DNA of 64,000 nt from Alphaproteobacteria bacterium (GTDB lineage: Bacteria; Pseudomonadota; Alphaproteobacteria; UBA828). Positions 51,483-61,813 of the stretch are shown one piece after another. The notes under the pieces are model-generated. The model worked only from the letters and a program-made list of their open reading frames with translations. It searched no databases and was not told where the DNA came from. The stretch lies in NCBI GenBank assembly GCA_965220745.1, contig CBDCQT010000011.1:384001-448000 (forward strand), in the 5' to 3' direction. Each line of letters starts with the position of its first letter. The stretch's first letter is position 1. The position numbers and the translations under genes were made by a program.

Positions 51483-53132
51483 CTAGACGCGGTTGCGGTC
51501 GAAGGTCGGCTGCACGCCCGACCCGTAGAGCTTGAGCGCCCCCTCGGGGCCGACGGTGTTCGGGCGCTGGAAGATCCAGTTCTGCCAGGCCGAGAGCCTG
51601 CCGAAGATCTTGGTCTCGAGCGTCTCCGGCCCGGCGAAGCGGAGCGATGCCTCCATGCCGCTGAGCGCATCGGGCGAGAATGCCGCGCGCGCCTCGATGG
51701 CGATACGCACCTCGTCCTCCCAGTCGATGTCGTCGGGGATGAAGGTGACGAGCCCGAGCGCGTCCGCCGCCTCGGCGTCAAGGTCCGTGCCGGCGGCGTC
51801 GTGCGCCGCGGCTAGTGCCGCGTCATCGTCGAGGAAGCGGCTGGCGAGGCGTGAGAGCCCGTTCGCCATCGGCAGCGGGCCGGTGTTCATCGTCGTGAGC
51901 CGCACCGTCGCCGGCGCCTCGTTCGAGCCCTCGAAGGTGCCGTCGAGCATGAAGCTGCGATCGGCCGCGAGCGCGAGCTCCAGCAGCGTGCCGGTGAAGC
52001 AGGAGCCGGGCTCGATCAGTGCGACGAGGCTGCGGGCGCTCACGTCGAGGCGCTTCAGGGTGCGCTTCAAATAGAGGGTGATCTCGCGCACCAGCCAATC
52101 GTCCGTGTTGGCCGCGAGCGCAGCGTCGGCTGCCGCAACATTGGCCGCCGCTCCCGTCGTTTTGAGCACCCAGGTACCGAGCGCCGGCTCGTTGAAGCGC
52201 AGGTGCAGGATCGCGTCGTCAAGCTCGCGCGCGAGTGCCAGCGGCCAGAAGCCGGCGCCGGCGGCGTGGATCGCGTTCGCCTCGGCAGGCGGCAGCGCCT
52301 CCGGCGCGGCCACCGTAAGCGTCGCCGTTCCCTGCGCCCGGTCGAGCGCGACGCGGACGTGGCGGTAAGCGAGCGTGTCGGCGGTAAGCGTGCGCTCCAG
52401 TCGGGGCAATACGATGCCTTGTGCATCGGCCGGCCGGTCCGATGCATCCGTCAAGGCTGCGGCGCGGGCCGCCACGGCATCGTCGAGCCGTGAGCGCGGC
52501 ACCAGCTCGTCCACCAGCTTCCAGTCAAGCGCGCGGCGCCCGCGCACGCCTTCGCCGGTGGTGCAGAAATAGTCGGCACGGTCGCGGCGCACGCACCGCT
52601 TGTCGACGACGCGGGTAAGCCCGCCGGTGCCCGGCAGCACTGCGAGCAGCGGCACCTCGGGCAGCGACACGGCTGTAGAGCCGTCATCGACCAGGAGGAT
52701 GTGATCGGTCGCGAGCGCGAGCTCGTAGCCGCCGCCCGCAGCCGTGCCGGCGATCACAGTCATCCAGCGCTGGCCCGCGTTGGCCGAAGCGTCCTCGATG
52801 GCGTTGCGGGTCTCGTTGGTGAACTTGCAGAAGTTCACCTTGTCGATGTGCGAGGAGCGGGACAGCATCGGGATGTTCGCGCCGGCCGAGAAGACGCGCT
52901 CCTTCGCCGAGGTAAGCACCACCGCGCGCACCTGCGGATGCTCGAAGCGGAGCCGCTGAACGGCGTCCGCAAGCTCGATATCGACGCCGAGATCATAGGA
53001 GTTGAGCTTGAGCGCATAGTCGCCCGCGATGCCGCCATCCTCGTCCACGTCGAGCGCGAGCGTGGCGATAGCACCGTCGATGGAGAGCCGCCAGTGGCGG
53101 TATTGGTCCGGATGGGTCCGGAAGTCGATCAT
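51483..53132 (-). CDS. boxC: 2,3-epoxybenzoyl-CoA dihydrolase
   Basis: Y.HW, LKLNSYDLGVDIEL, KVNFCKFTNETRN, LSAWQNWIFQRPN. Confidence 0.95.
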   Translation of the reverse strand: MIDFRTHPDQYRHWRLSIDGAIATLALDVDEDGGIAGDYALKLNSYDLGVDIELADAVQRLRFEHPQVRAVVLTSAKERVFSAGANIPMLSRSSHIDKVNFCKFTNETRNAIEDASANAGQRWMTVIAGTAAGGGYELALATDHILLVDDGSTAVSLPEVPLLAVLPGTGGLTRVVDKRCVRRDRADYFCTTGEGVRGRRALDWKLVDELVPRSRLDDAVAARAAALTDASDRPADAQGIVLPRLERTLTADTLAYRHVRVALDRAQGTATLTVAAPEALPPAEANAIHAAGAGFWPLALARELDDAILHLRFNEPALGTWVLKTTGAAANVAAADAALAANTDDWLVREITLYLKRTLKRLDVSARSLVALIEPGSCFTGTLLELALAADRSFMLDGTFEGSNEAPATVRLTTMNTGPLPMANGLSRLASRFLDDDAALAAAHDAAGTDLDAEAADALGLVTFIPDDIDWEDEVRIAIEARAAFSPDALSGMEASLRFAGPETLETKIFGRLSAWQNWIFQRPNTVGPEGALKLYGSGVQPTFDRNRV

Positions 53133-53242
53133 CGTACCCGCCGTCTATCGGGCAGCGGCCAACGCGTCCCGACATCGATTGTCCCTTGCGGACTATATGG
53201 CGGGCCGCTCTCCGCCATCCACGGGAATCTTCCGGGCAATTG

Positions 53243-54559
53243 CTAGTCTTTGGGCCGAAGATCAACGATGCGCTTGGCCTTGCCGGCCGAGCGTTCGATC
53301 GAGCCCGGCTCTCCGACCGTGACTTTGCTGCTGATGCCGATCAGCGACCGAATGCGGCCGGCGAGGTCGCGCCCGGCCGCCCGTCGCGTCTCGTCATCGG
53401 CGGCGCCGGGCTTGGCTTCGACGACCACCGTCAACTCATCGAGACGGCCTGGCCGCCGCACTTCCAGATAGTAGTGCGGCGAGAGACGCTCGTCTTCGAG
53501 CACGATCTCCTCGATGAACGGCGGGAACAGGTTGACGCCGCGGATGATCAGCATGTCGTCGTTGCGTCCCGTGACCCGCTGCATGCGCCGCATGGCGCGC
53601 GCGGTGCCCGGCAGCAGCCGGGTGAGGTCGCGGGTGCGGTAGCGAATGATCGGGCACGCTTCCTTGGTGAGGGACGTGATCACCATTTCTCCCGGCTCGC
53701 CGTCGGGCAGCACCGCGCCGGTCTCGGGATCGATGATCTCGGGATAGAAGTGGTCCTCCCAGATGTGGAGACCGTCCTTGCTCTCCACGCACTCGATGGA
53801 GACGCCGGGGCCGATCGCCTCGGAGCACCCGTAGATGTCGATCGCCTGCATGGCGAAACGGGTCTCGATCTCCTCGCGCATCGCTTCGGTCCAGGGCTCG
53901 GCGCCGTGAATGCCGATCTGCAGCGAGCAGCGCCGCGGGTCCAGCCCCAGGCGCTCGAACTCGTCGCCGATCGCCAGCATGTAGGACGGCGTGACGGCGA
54001 TGACCCTTGGCTTGAAGTCGTAGATCATCCCCACCTGACGCTCGGTGAACCCGCCCGACGCCGGAATCACGGTGCAGCCGAGCTTCTCGGCGCCGGCGTG
54101 GAGGCCGAGCCCGCCGGTGAAGAGCCCATAGCCGTAGGCGATGTGCACCATGTCGCCGGGGCGGGCGCCGGCGGCGCGCAGGCAGCGGGCCACCAGGCCG
54201 GCCCAGGTGTCGAGGTCGTTCCTCGTGTAACCCACGACGGTGGGAATGCCGGTGGTACCGCTCGACGCATGGATGCGAATGATCTGTTCGCGCGGCACCG
54301 CGAACATGTCGAAGGGGTAGTTGAGCCGGAGGTCGTCCTTGACCGTGAACGGGAACCTGGCGAGGTCGTCGAGGGACGTGAGATCGGCCGGGCTCACGCC
54401 GGCCTCGTCGAAACACCTCTTGTAGTGAGGCACGTTGTCGTAGGCGCGCCGCAGGGTCGCTTGCAGCCGCGTGAGCTGCAATGCCGCGATCTCGTCGCGG
54501 CTCGCGGTCTCGATGGGGTCGAGCTCATCCGGGCGCGGGGGGCGAACGGGGTCGTTCAT
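53243..54559 (-). CDS. paaK: Phenylacetate--CoA ligase
   Basis: LDPIETASRDE, NYPF.MFAVP, HASSGTTG.PTVVGYT, YGYGLFTGGLG.H, GRNDDMLIIRGVN, GKAKR. Confidence 0.9.
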   Translation of the reverse strand: MNDPVRPPRPDELDPIETASRDEIAALQLTRLQATLRRAYDNVPHYKRCFDEAGVSPADLTSLDDLARFPFTVKDDLRLNYPFDMFAVPREQIIRIHASSGTTGIPTVVGYTRNDLDTWAGLVARCLRAAGARPGDMVHIAYGYGLFTGGLGLHAGAEKLGCTVIPASGGFTERQVGMIYDFKPRVIAVTPSYMLAIGDEFERLGLDPRRCSLQIGIHGAEPWTEAMREEIETRFAMQAIDIYGCSEAIGPGVSIECVESKDGLHIWEDHFYPEIIDPETGAVLPDGEPGEMVITSLTKEACPIIRYRTRDLTRLLPGTARAMRRMQRVTGRNDDMLIIRGVNLFPPFIEEIVLEDERLSPHYYLEVRRPGRLDELTVVVEAKPGAADDETRRAAGRDLAGRIRSLIGISSKVTVGEPGSIERSAGKAKRIVDLRPKD

Positions 54560-54704
54560 GACATCCCTCTTGCGGTGCCGCACCATAGCGCATCCGGCGC
54601 CTGCGGCATCGCCTGCGTTGACACGCCCCCGCCCTGAGCGGATAGTCCGGCGCCTGTCGAAGGGGCGCCGGTATCGGCCGCCCGCACCCGTCAGGCGCCT
54701 GCCC

Positions 54705-55607
54705 ATGTCTCCATCGAATGTCTCTACCGACCGCGCTGGGCCGATCGAGGACCCGGCGGGCGTGATTGCCTTCCAGGGGGCGCCGGGCGCCTTCTCCGAG
54801 GCCGCCTGCATGGCCCGCTATCCGGCGATGACCACGCTCCCCTGCAAGACCTTCAGCGATACCTTCGCTGCCGTCGCCCAGGGTCGCGCCGGGCTCGCCA
54901 TGATCCCGATCGAGAACTCGGCGGCCGGCCGCGTTGCCGACATTCACCAGCTCCTGCCGGAATCCGACCTCCACATCGTCGAGGAACACTTCGAGCGCGT
55001 GCGCCACAACCTCCTTGCCTGCCACGGCGCCGACCCGTCGAAGCTCGAGACCGTGCGTTCCCACGTGCACGCGCTCTCCCAGTGTCGCAAGCTCATCGCG
55101 CGGCGCGGTCTCGTGCCGATCGTGCACGCCGATACGGCAGGCGCTGCCGCCGAGGTGGCGGCGACGGGCGACCCGACCAGGGCCGCGATCGCCTCCCAGC
55201 TTGCCGCCGAGACCTATGGGCTGGCGATTGTCGAGGCGAACATTGAGGACGACGCCCACAACACGACGCGCTTCGTGGTGCTGTCGCGGCAGCCGCTCGA
55301 TCCCGGCGCGGACGCCGGGCCGGTGATCACATCCTTCATGTTCCAGTGCCGCAACGTGCCGGCGGCGCTCTACAAGTGCCTCGGCGGCTTCGCCACCAAC
55401 GGTGTCAACATGACCAAACTGGAGAGCTACATGGTTGACGGCAGCTTTTCGGCGACGGTCTTCTTCGCTGAGGTCGAGGGGCATCCGTCCGAAACCGCAC
55501 TGGCGCGCGCCCTGAGCGAGCTTGACTACTTCTCGCGCGAGGTGCGGATCATGGGCGTCTACCCGGCCCATCCCTACCGCCGCGAGGCCGCCGCCATCAG
55601 GCGCTGA
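54705..55607 (+). CDS. pheA: Prephenate dehydratase
   Basis: FQGAPGAFSE, PIENS, SHVHALSQC, NTTRF, ACT domain with NMTKLES. Confidence 0.93.
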   Translation: MSPSNVSTDRAGPIEDPAGVIAFQGAPGAFSEAACMARYPAMTTLPCKTFSDTFAAVAQGRAGLAMIPIENSAAGRVADIHQLLPESDLHIVEEHFERVRHNLLACHGADPSKLETVRSHVHALSQCRKLIARRGLVPIVHADTAGAAAEVAATGDPTRAAIASQLAAETYGLAIVEANIEDDAHNTTRFVVLSRQPLDPGADAGPVITSFMFQCRNVPAALYKCLGGFATNGVNMTKLESYMVDGSFSATVFFAEVEGHPSETALARALSELDYFSREVRIMGVYPAHPYRREAAAIRR

Positions 55608-55646
55608 TCGGGGCGCCCAGCAGAGGGATACTGGAGCCAAGCCGAC

Positions 55647-55913
55647 ATGCACGATCCCGCCCTGACGCCGCTGCGCTGGACCTTCTCCTGGCCCGTGATC
55701 CGCAACTCGCTGATCGTCGGCGCCATCGTCGGAACGGTCCTCAACATGATCAATCAGGGCGATCACATCACCGGCGACGGTGCAATCAACTGGTTCAAGC
55801 TCGGGCTGACCTATTGCGTGCCGTTCTGCGTCGCCACCTATGGCGCCTTCGCCGCAGCGCGGCTGTTCGCGAAGCAGATGCGCGCAAAGAGAGAGGGCAG
55901 CGGCGCCAGCTGA
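55647..55913 (+). CDS. Small membrane protein, NrtS-like family
   Basis: IVGTVLNMINQGD..WFKLGLTYCVPFCVATYG. Confidence 0.75.
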   Translation: MHDPALTPLRWTFSWPVIRNSLIVGAIVGTVLNMINQGDHITGDGAINWFKLGLTYCVPFCVATYGAFAAARLFAKQMRAKREGSGAS

Positions 55914-55926
55914 TGCGGGCGCGCGC

Positions 55927-56697
55927 TTACTCCCAGCGCGGATCGCGGCCCGCGCGGTAGGCCTCCATGGCCTCGGCGAAGTCCGGCGCGGTCACAGCCT
56001 TGCCCTGCAGCACCAGGTACTTGTGGAAGAAGGCCTCCCACCCGAGGTCGAAGCAGTCGAGCAGCATCTGCTTGGAGGCCCGGCAGCCGGTCGAGTTGGT
56101 GCTGGCGTACTCGGTGAGCAAGGCTTCGAACTCTTCCAGGGCCGTGTCCTCGCCGACCAGGTGATCGACCATGCCGATGCGCTCGGCCTCGGTGCCGTCG
56201 ATCATGTTGCCACGGATGATCAGCGACTTGGCGCGGCCCAGGCCGATATAGCGCGCGAGGCGGAAGGTGCCTAAGCCGGGAATCAGCCCCTCCTTGATCG
56301 CTGGAAGGCCGAGCTGGGCCGAGGGCGTGCAGACTCGGATGTCGCAGGCCAGCGCCAGTTGCAGGCCGCCGCCGACGGCGTAGCCGTGAATCAGGCACAG
56401 CACGAGCTTGTCCATCGTCTCGAACGCCCGGAGTGCCCGGTCCCACATGTCGAAATAGCTCGGCTCGATATTTCCGGCGGCGAGATCCTTGAGGTCGATG
56501 CCGGTAGAGAACGCCCGCCCCGAGCCGGTGATCGACACCATGCGGACATCCTCGTCAGCGGCGAGGCGGTTGGCCGCGTCGAGCAGCTCCCGGGTGCCGG
56601 TCATGGCGAAGGCGTTGAGCCGCTCGGGTCGCGTCAGCTCGACGCGGACGAGCCGGCCTTCGCGCGAGAGCGTCATGGTCTCGTAGTCTGCGGTCAT
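55927..56697 (-). CDS. Enoyl-CoA hydratase/isomerase family protein
   Basis: RPERLNA, AFSTGIDL, GYAVGGGLQLALACD. Confidence 0.88.
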   Translation of the reverse strand: MTADYETMTLSREGRLVRVELTRPERLNAFAMTGTRELLDAANRLAADEDVRMVSITGSGRAFSTGIDLKDLAAGNIEPSYFDMWDRALRAFETMDKLVLCLIHGYAVGGGLQLALACDIRVCTPSAQLGLPAIKEGLIPGLGTFRLARYIGLGRAKSLIIRGNMIDGTEAERIGMVDHLVGEDTALEEFEALLTEYASTNSTGCRASKQMLLDCFDLGWEAFFHKYLVLQGKAVTAPDFAEAMEAYRAGRDPRWE

Positions 56698-56836
56698 TGT
56701 GGGGCCCCTGGACTCTATGCCTGCCAAACAGCCCGCAGTTTATCCGATCGGCAGCGTGACGCGTGGTGGTGGCCCGCCTGTTCGTTCCTCGTTGTGAGCG
56801 CTATCGTAGCCGCCGGCAGCCGTTATAAGGCGAGCG

Positions 56837-58132
56837 ATGCGCGAGAACGCAGCGAGCCGGAGCTTGCACGAGCTCTATCGGGAGGATCCCGACAAGGCCG
56901 ACCGCCTGCTGTTCGGCCGCGTCGCTCATCCCGACCGGCGCGGGTTTCTCAAGGGTGCCGGGCTTGCCGCCATGACGGCGCTGGTGGGCGGCACCATCCC
57001 CTTCCACCGCAATATGCCGGCGCACTTCATTCCCGTCGCGCTCGCGGACGAGCCCGTCATTCAGGGCAAGGACGGCCTGGTCGTGCTTAACGACCGGCCG
57101 CTGAGCGCGGAGACCCCAGCGCACCTCCTCGACGACGCCATCACGCCGACCGAGCGGCACTTCATCCGCAACAACGGCATTCCGCCCGCGAGCACGGATG
57201 CAGCCGCCTGGACGCTCACCGTCGACGGCCTGGTCGAGACCCCGCTGACGCTCGGCATCGACGATCTGAAGCGCCGCTTCGATGTCGTCACCGCGGCGTT
57301 GACGCTGGAATGTGCCGGCAACGGCCGCGCCTTTTTCGACCCGCCGGCCAACGGTGCGCAGTGGACCTACGGCGCCGTCGCCTGCTCGGAATGGACGGGG
57401 GTCCGCCTTGCCGACGTGCTCAAGGCGGCAGGATTGAAGAGCGACGTCGTCTACACCGCGCACGAGGGTGCCGACACGAACCCCTCCGGCGCGGCGAGCG
57501 GGCTCCCGATCTCGCGCGGCGTGCCCATCGCCAAGGCCATGGACCACGACTCTCTCATCGCCTTCGCCCAGAACGGGCAGCCGATCCACTCCATGAACGG
57601 AGCGCCGCTGCGCCTGGTCTTCCCTGGATGGCCGGGGTCGTGCTCTCAAAAATGGCTTACGCGCGTCTGGCTGCGCGACCGGGTCCACGACGGGGCCAAG
57701 ATGACCGGCACCTCCTACCGCGTTCCGGGTCGTCCGCTGGCGCCGGGGGAACAGTTGGATAAATCCGAGTTCGTCATCATCGAGGCGATGCCGGTCAAGT
57801 CGCTGATCGCCAACCCCGCCACCGGGCACAGGGCTGCGGCGACGGCACTGGAGGTGCGCGGCCACGCCTGGGCCGGCGAGCGGACCGTCGATACGGTCCG
57901 GCTTTCCATCGACTTCGGCGCGACCTGGATGGATGCCACGCTCGATGAGCCGGTGAACGCGCACGCCTGGCAGAACTGGCGTGCTGCGGTCGAATTTCCG
58001 GGGCCCGGCTACTACGAGGTCTGGGCCAGGGCGACGGATTCAGAGGGCGTAAGCCAGCCCCATGCCGTCGCCTGGAACCCGAAAGGCTATCTCAACAACG
58101 CGATGCACCGCGTGGCCGTCACGGTCGCTTAG
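56837..58132 (+). CDS. Tat-exported sulfite oxidase-family molybdoenzyme
   Basis: DRRGFLKG twin-Arg, HFIRNNG, LECAGNGR, EWTGV, GAPLRL..PGW.G..SQKWL, WNPKGYLNN. Confidence 0.9.
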   Translation: MRENAASRSLHELYREDPDKADRLLFGRVAHPDRRGFLKGAGLAAMTALVGGTIPFHRNMPAHFIPVALADEPVIQGKDGLVVLNDRPLSAETPAHLLDDAITPTERHFIRNNGIPPASTDAAAWTLTVDGLVETPLTLGIDDLKRRFDVVTAALTLECAGNGRAFFDPPANGAQWTYGAVACSEWTGVRLADVLKAAGLKSDVVYTAHEGADTNPSGAASGLPISRGVPIAKAMDHDSLIAFAQNGQPIHSMNGAPLRLVFPGWPGSCSQKWLTRVWLRDRVHDGAKMTGTSYRVPGRPLAPGEQLDKSEFVIIEAMPVKSLIANPATGHRAAATALEVRGHAWAGERTVDTVRLSIDFGATWMDATLDEPVNAHAWQNWRAAVEFPGPGYYEVWARATDSEGVSQPHAVAWNPKGYLNNAMHRVAVTVA

Positions 58133-58219
58133 GGACGGTATCGCCGCCCGTTAAATTCTTCCGGTAGCGGGCAAATTTGTGTTGTCGCACCGGCGTCGCC
58201 TCCCCATGTCCGGATCGCC

Positions 58220-59470
58220 ATGACCGCGACGCTTCGACAGCTCGCCGCGCTGCTGCTCGGCACGGCGATCCTCTTCACCGGCAACGGGCTGATCAACACG
58301 CTGCTGCCCGTGCGGGCCGAGATCGAGGCCTTCTCGACGCTCGAGATCGGCCTGCTCGGCACGGTCTACTTCGCGGGCTTCATCCTGGGCTGCCTCAATG
58401 TGCCCTTCGTAGTGCGCCGCGTCGGCCACATCAGGACCTTCGCGACGCTCTCCAGCATCATCGCCGCCACGGCACTCGCCCACGTCTTCCTGATCGATCC
58501 CATCGCCTGGGGCGTGCTGCGCTTGTTTGTCGGGTTCGCCTTCGCCGGTCTCTACGTGGTGATCGAGAGCTGGCTGAACGACCGCGCCACCACCGCTAAC
58601 CGCGGCGCGATCATGTCGGCATACACCTTCATCAGCCTTTGCGTGCTGATGGCAGGGCAATTCCTGCTGACGACGTACGACCCCGCGGGTTTCGAGCTGT
58701 TCGCGCTCATCGCCATCCTGATTGCGATCGCGCTGGTTCCGGTGTCGCTGACCAGGGCGCCGGAGCCGCCCCGGCCTGCGACCATCGGTCTCGACATCGT
58801 GGGGCTCTGGCGCCTCTCGCCAGTGGGCTTCGTCGGCTGCTTGAGTGTCGGCCTCGTAAACGGCTCGTTCTGGACGCTCGGGCCGATCTTCGCGAGCCGC
58901 AGCGGCCTCGACATCGACAATCTGGTCTACTTCATCGCGGGCGCCACGCTCGCAGGCGCCGTCGCGCAATGGCCGCTCGGCCTGGTCTCTGACCGCATCG
59001 ACCGGCGCTTCGTGATCGTCGGAGCAACGCTCTGCGCGGCGGCGAGCGGTGTCCTGCTCAGCACCTGGGTGGAGCCGTCGACCACCCTGCTGATCGGGCT
59101 CTCCGCCGCGTTTGGCGGCTTCGCCATGCCGCTCTATGCAGTCTCGGTGGCGCATGCGAACGACCACGCCGAAGACACACGCTTCGTGGCGACCGCTGGC
59201 GGGCTCCTGCTGGTCTACGGGCTCGGTGCGTCGCTCGGGCCGCTGATCGCGTCGGCCCTGATGGGGTACTACGGCAGTGGCGGCCTGTTCATGTTCACGA
59301 CCTCCGTCCACGCGGCGCTGGCGCTCTTCACCATCGTCCGCCTCGTGCAACGCCCGCGACCGAAGCAGGACGATCGTTCTGGGTTCGTGGCGGTGCCGCG
59401 CACCTCGCCCACCCTCTACGAGCTGGACCCCCGCTCCGAGACTGAATCGGACGGCGACAAGTCGCCCTAA
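58220..59470 (+). CDS. MFS transporter (YcaD-like)
   Basis: About 12 TM; RVGHIRTF, ESWLN, QWPLG.VSDRIDRR, AHAND. Confidence 0.9.
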   Translation: MTATLRQLAALLLGTAILFTGNGLINTLLPVRAEIEAFSTLEIGLLGTVYFAGFILGCLNVPFVVRRVGHIRTFATLSSIIAATALAHVFLIDPIAWGVLRLFVGFAFAGLYVVIESWLNDRATTANRGAIMSAYTFISLCVLMAGQFLLTTYDPAGFELFALIAILIAIALVPVSLTRAPEPPRPATIGLDIVGLWRLSPVGFVGCLSVGLVNGSFWTLGPIFASRSGLDIDNLVYFIAGATLAGAVAQWPLGLVSDRIDRRFVIVGATLCAAASGVLLSTWVEPSTTLLIGLSAAFGGFAMPLYAVSVAHANDHAEDTRFVATAGGLLLVYGLGASLGPLIASALMGYYGSGGLFMFTTSVHAALALFTIVRLVQRPRPKQDDRSGFVAVPRTSPTLYELDPRSETESDGDKSP

Positions 59471-59547
59471 TACGGGCATTCTTGCGCGCGATTCAGGCGG
59501 ACGTCCCAGCGCGTCCCGGCCGCTCTCGCAGATCGTGAGGAGGCCTC

Positions 59548-60435
59548 TTGACCACGATCCTGGGTTCCGGGCCCGATCGCGGCCGCGTCACGGGCCGCCT
59601 CTGGGTGCTCTCAGCCGGGCTCTGCATGAGCCTCGGCGGGCCAATTATCCGGCTCGCCGACGAGAGCACGCCGTGGCAGTTCCTGTTCTACCGCTCCCTC
59701 GGGGCGGCGCTGGCGATCCTCATATATCTAATTGTCACGGGTCGTCCGGTGCTTCCGACGATCCGCCGCGCAGGAGCGACCGGCGCAGTGGCGGGCCTGG
59801 GCCTCGCGGTCGCCTTCACCGGCTACGTGTGGGGCGTGATGCACTCCACGGTGGCGAACGCGCTGCTCCTGATCAGCGCGTCGCCGCTGTTCGCGGCGTT
59901 CATCGGCTGGATGGTGCTGCGCGAGCGCGTCGCGCGCTCGATGTGGTTTGCCATCGCCGGTGTGATCGCCGGTGTCGCCATCATGATCGGGGAGGGTCTG
60001 GCCGAGGCCGACATCCTCGGCGATCTGGCGTCGCTCGCCTCTGCGGTCGGCTTCGCCGGCTTCTCGGTCGCCATCCGGCGCGGCCGGCACACCGACATGA
60101 GCCCGTCGATCCTGATCGCCGCCGCCATCACCATCGTGTTCAGCGGGATCATGGCGGCGGCCAGCGGCACCGGCCTCGCGCCGCCGCTCGTGGATGTGGG
60201 CCTCGCCACCATGTACGGCGTGCTGGTCATCGGCGCCGGCATCTTCATGCTGACCATCGGCGCGCGAAACGTCCCTGCCGCCGAGCTGCTCGTGCTCTCG
60301 CTGACCGAGGTGGTGTTCGCGTCGCTCTGGGTGGCGCTCGCGTTCGGCGAGGTGCCGAGCATCCTCACCCTCGTCGGCGGGCTGATCATCCTCGGCAGCA
60401 TTGGCGGCCAGGCCTTCGCCGGGATGCGCAGGTAG
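59548..60435 (+). CDS. DMT/EamA-family transporter
   Basis: About 10 TM in two EamA repeats; TVANAL, SPLFAA..LRERV, LTEVV..LWV..FGE. Confidence 0.85.
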   Translation: MTTILGSGPDRGRVTGRLWVLSAGLCMSLGGPIIRLADESTPWQFLFYRSLGAALAILIYLIVTGRPVLPTIRRAGATGAVAGLGLAVAFTGYVWGVMHSTVANALLLISASPLFAAFIGWMVLRERVARSMWFAIAGVIAGVAIMIGEGLAEADILGDLASLASAVGFAGFSVAIRRGRHTDMSPSILIAAAITIVFSGIMAAASGTGLAPPLVDVGLATMYGVLVIGAGIFMLTIGARNVPAAELLVLSLTEVVFASLWVALAFGEVPSILTLVGGLIILGSIGGQAFAGMRR

Positions 60436-60445
60436 CTTTGCCCGC

Positions 60446-61735
60446 TCACTCCACCTTGGAGGGGCCCTGACGCACCAGCTTGGTGCCGAAGCCGCGGCCC
60501 CTGACGATGGCGTCCTCTCCGAACTTTTCGCGCACCGCATCCAGAGCCTTGTCGATCTTCTCCTCCCCAGGTGCGGCACCGCTGAAGAGGTCGCCTTGGA
60601 CGACTTCGGCCGCCGGGGCGAGGTCATGAGCGGCGATGCCGATCAGGCGGAACGCACGGCCATCGGCCTCGCGCGCGAGCAGCGGCTCGGCCGCGCGGAA
60701 CATCTCGTCCGCCGATTGGGTGGCGGCGCCGAGGCGGCGGGCGCGGGTGAGGATGCGGAAGTCGGCGGTCTTGAGCTTGAGCGTGACGCCGCCGCCAGCG
60801 AGGTCGGCCTTCTTCAGGCGTCGCGCCACCGTCTCGGTCAGCCGCCAGAGGATCGGGCGCAGCGTCGCCGGATCGGACAGGTCTTCGTCGAGGGTGATCT
60901 CCGAGGAAATGCTCTTGGTCTCGCGCTCGGGATTGACCGGGCGGTCGTCCTCGCCACGCGCGCACATGTGGAGCCGCTTGCCGATCTTGCCGTAGCGCGC
61001 GGTGAGCGTCGCCTCGTCGAGCCGGGCGAGCGCGCCGATCAGCGTAATGCCGTCTTGCGCGAGGCGCCGCTGCATGGCCGCGCCCACACCCCACAGCAGC
61101 CCCACCGGCTTGTCGGCGAGGAAGGCGCGGGCCTCGGCCCGTCCGATCACGGCGAAGCCGCGCGGCTTGTCGAGATCGGAGGCGATCTTGGCCAGGAACT
61201 TGTTGTAGCTGAGGCCGATGGAGACGGTGATGGAAAGCGCCTCCTCCACCCGACGCGCGAGGTCTGCGAGGGTTTCGGCGGCGCTCGCGCGGTGCAGGGC
61301 CTCGGTGCCGGAGAGGTCCATGAACGCCTCGTCGATGGAGAGCGGCTCCACCAGCGGCGTGCATTCCAGCATCATCGCCCGAACCTCGCGGCCGACGCCC
61401 GCGTACTTCTTCATGTCGGGCTTGATGACTTCGGCCTCCGGGCAGGCCTTGAGCGCCTTGAACATGGGCATCGCGGAGCGCACGCCGTAGGTGCGGGCGA
61501 TGTAGCAGCAGGCGGCAACCACGCCCCGGTGGCGGCCGCCCACGATCACCGGGCGGTCGCGAAGCTCCGGATGGTCGCGCTTCTCGATCGCGGCGTAGAA
61601 CGCGTCGCAGTCGAGGTGGGCGATAGTGAGGTCGAGAAGCTCGGCGTGGCTCAGCAAGCGCGCCGACCCGCAGGCCGGGCAAGGGCCAGCAGAGCCGAGC
61701 GGCCAGTGGCCGCAATCGCGGCACAGTGTCTCCAC
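60446..61735 (-). CDS. dinB: DNA polymerase IV (Y family) with N-terminal CxxC/CxxC
   Basis: HLDCDAFYAAIE, YIARTYGVRSAMP, SIDEAF, NKFLAKIASDLDKP. Confidence 0.95.
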   Translation of the reverse strand: METLCRDCGHWPLGSAGPCPACGSARLLSHAELLDLTIAHLDCDAFYAAIEKRDHPELRDRPVIVGGRHRGVVAACCYIARTYGVRSAMPMFKALKACPEAEVIKPDMKKYAGVGREVRAMMLECTPLVEPLSIDEAFMDLSGTEALHRASAAETLADLARRVEEALSITVSIGLSYNKFLAKIASDLDKPRGFAVIGRAEARAFLADKPVGLLWGVGAAMQRRLAQDGITLIGALARLDEATLTARYGKIGKRLHMCARGEDDRPVNPERETKSISSEITLDEDLSDPATLRPILWRLTETVARRLKKADLAGGGVTLKLKTADFRILTRARRLGAATQSADEMFRAAEPLLAREADGRAFRLIGIAAHDLAPAAEVVQGDLFSGAAPGEEKIDKALDAVREKFGEDAIVRGRGFGTKLVRQGPSKVE

Positions 61736-61813
61736 GGGGCGATCATAGGACTCGATCCGTGCCGTGCGAAGGCATAGGGGACGCGCGCCCGGCGTGCGTC
61801 GTCCGGCTGATCG

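Noticed and set aside
61736-61813. SOS box upstream of dinB (also checked upstream of uvrD)
   Set aside because: No GAAC-N7-GAAC or GTTC-N7-GTTC found
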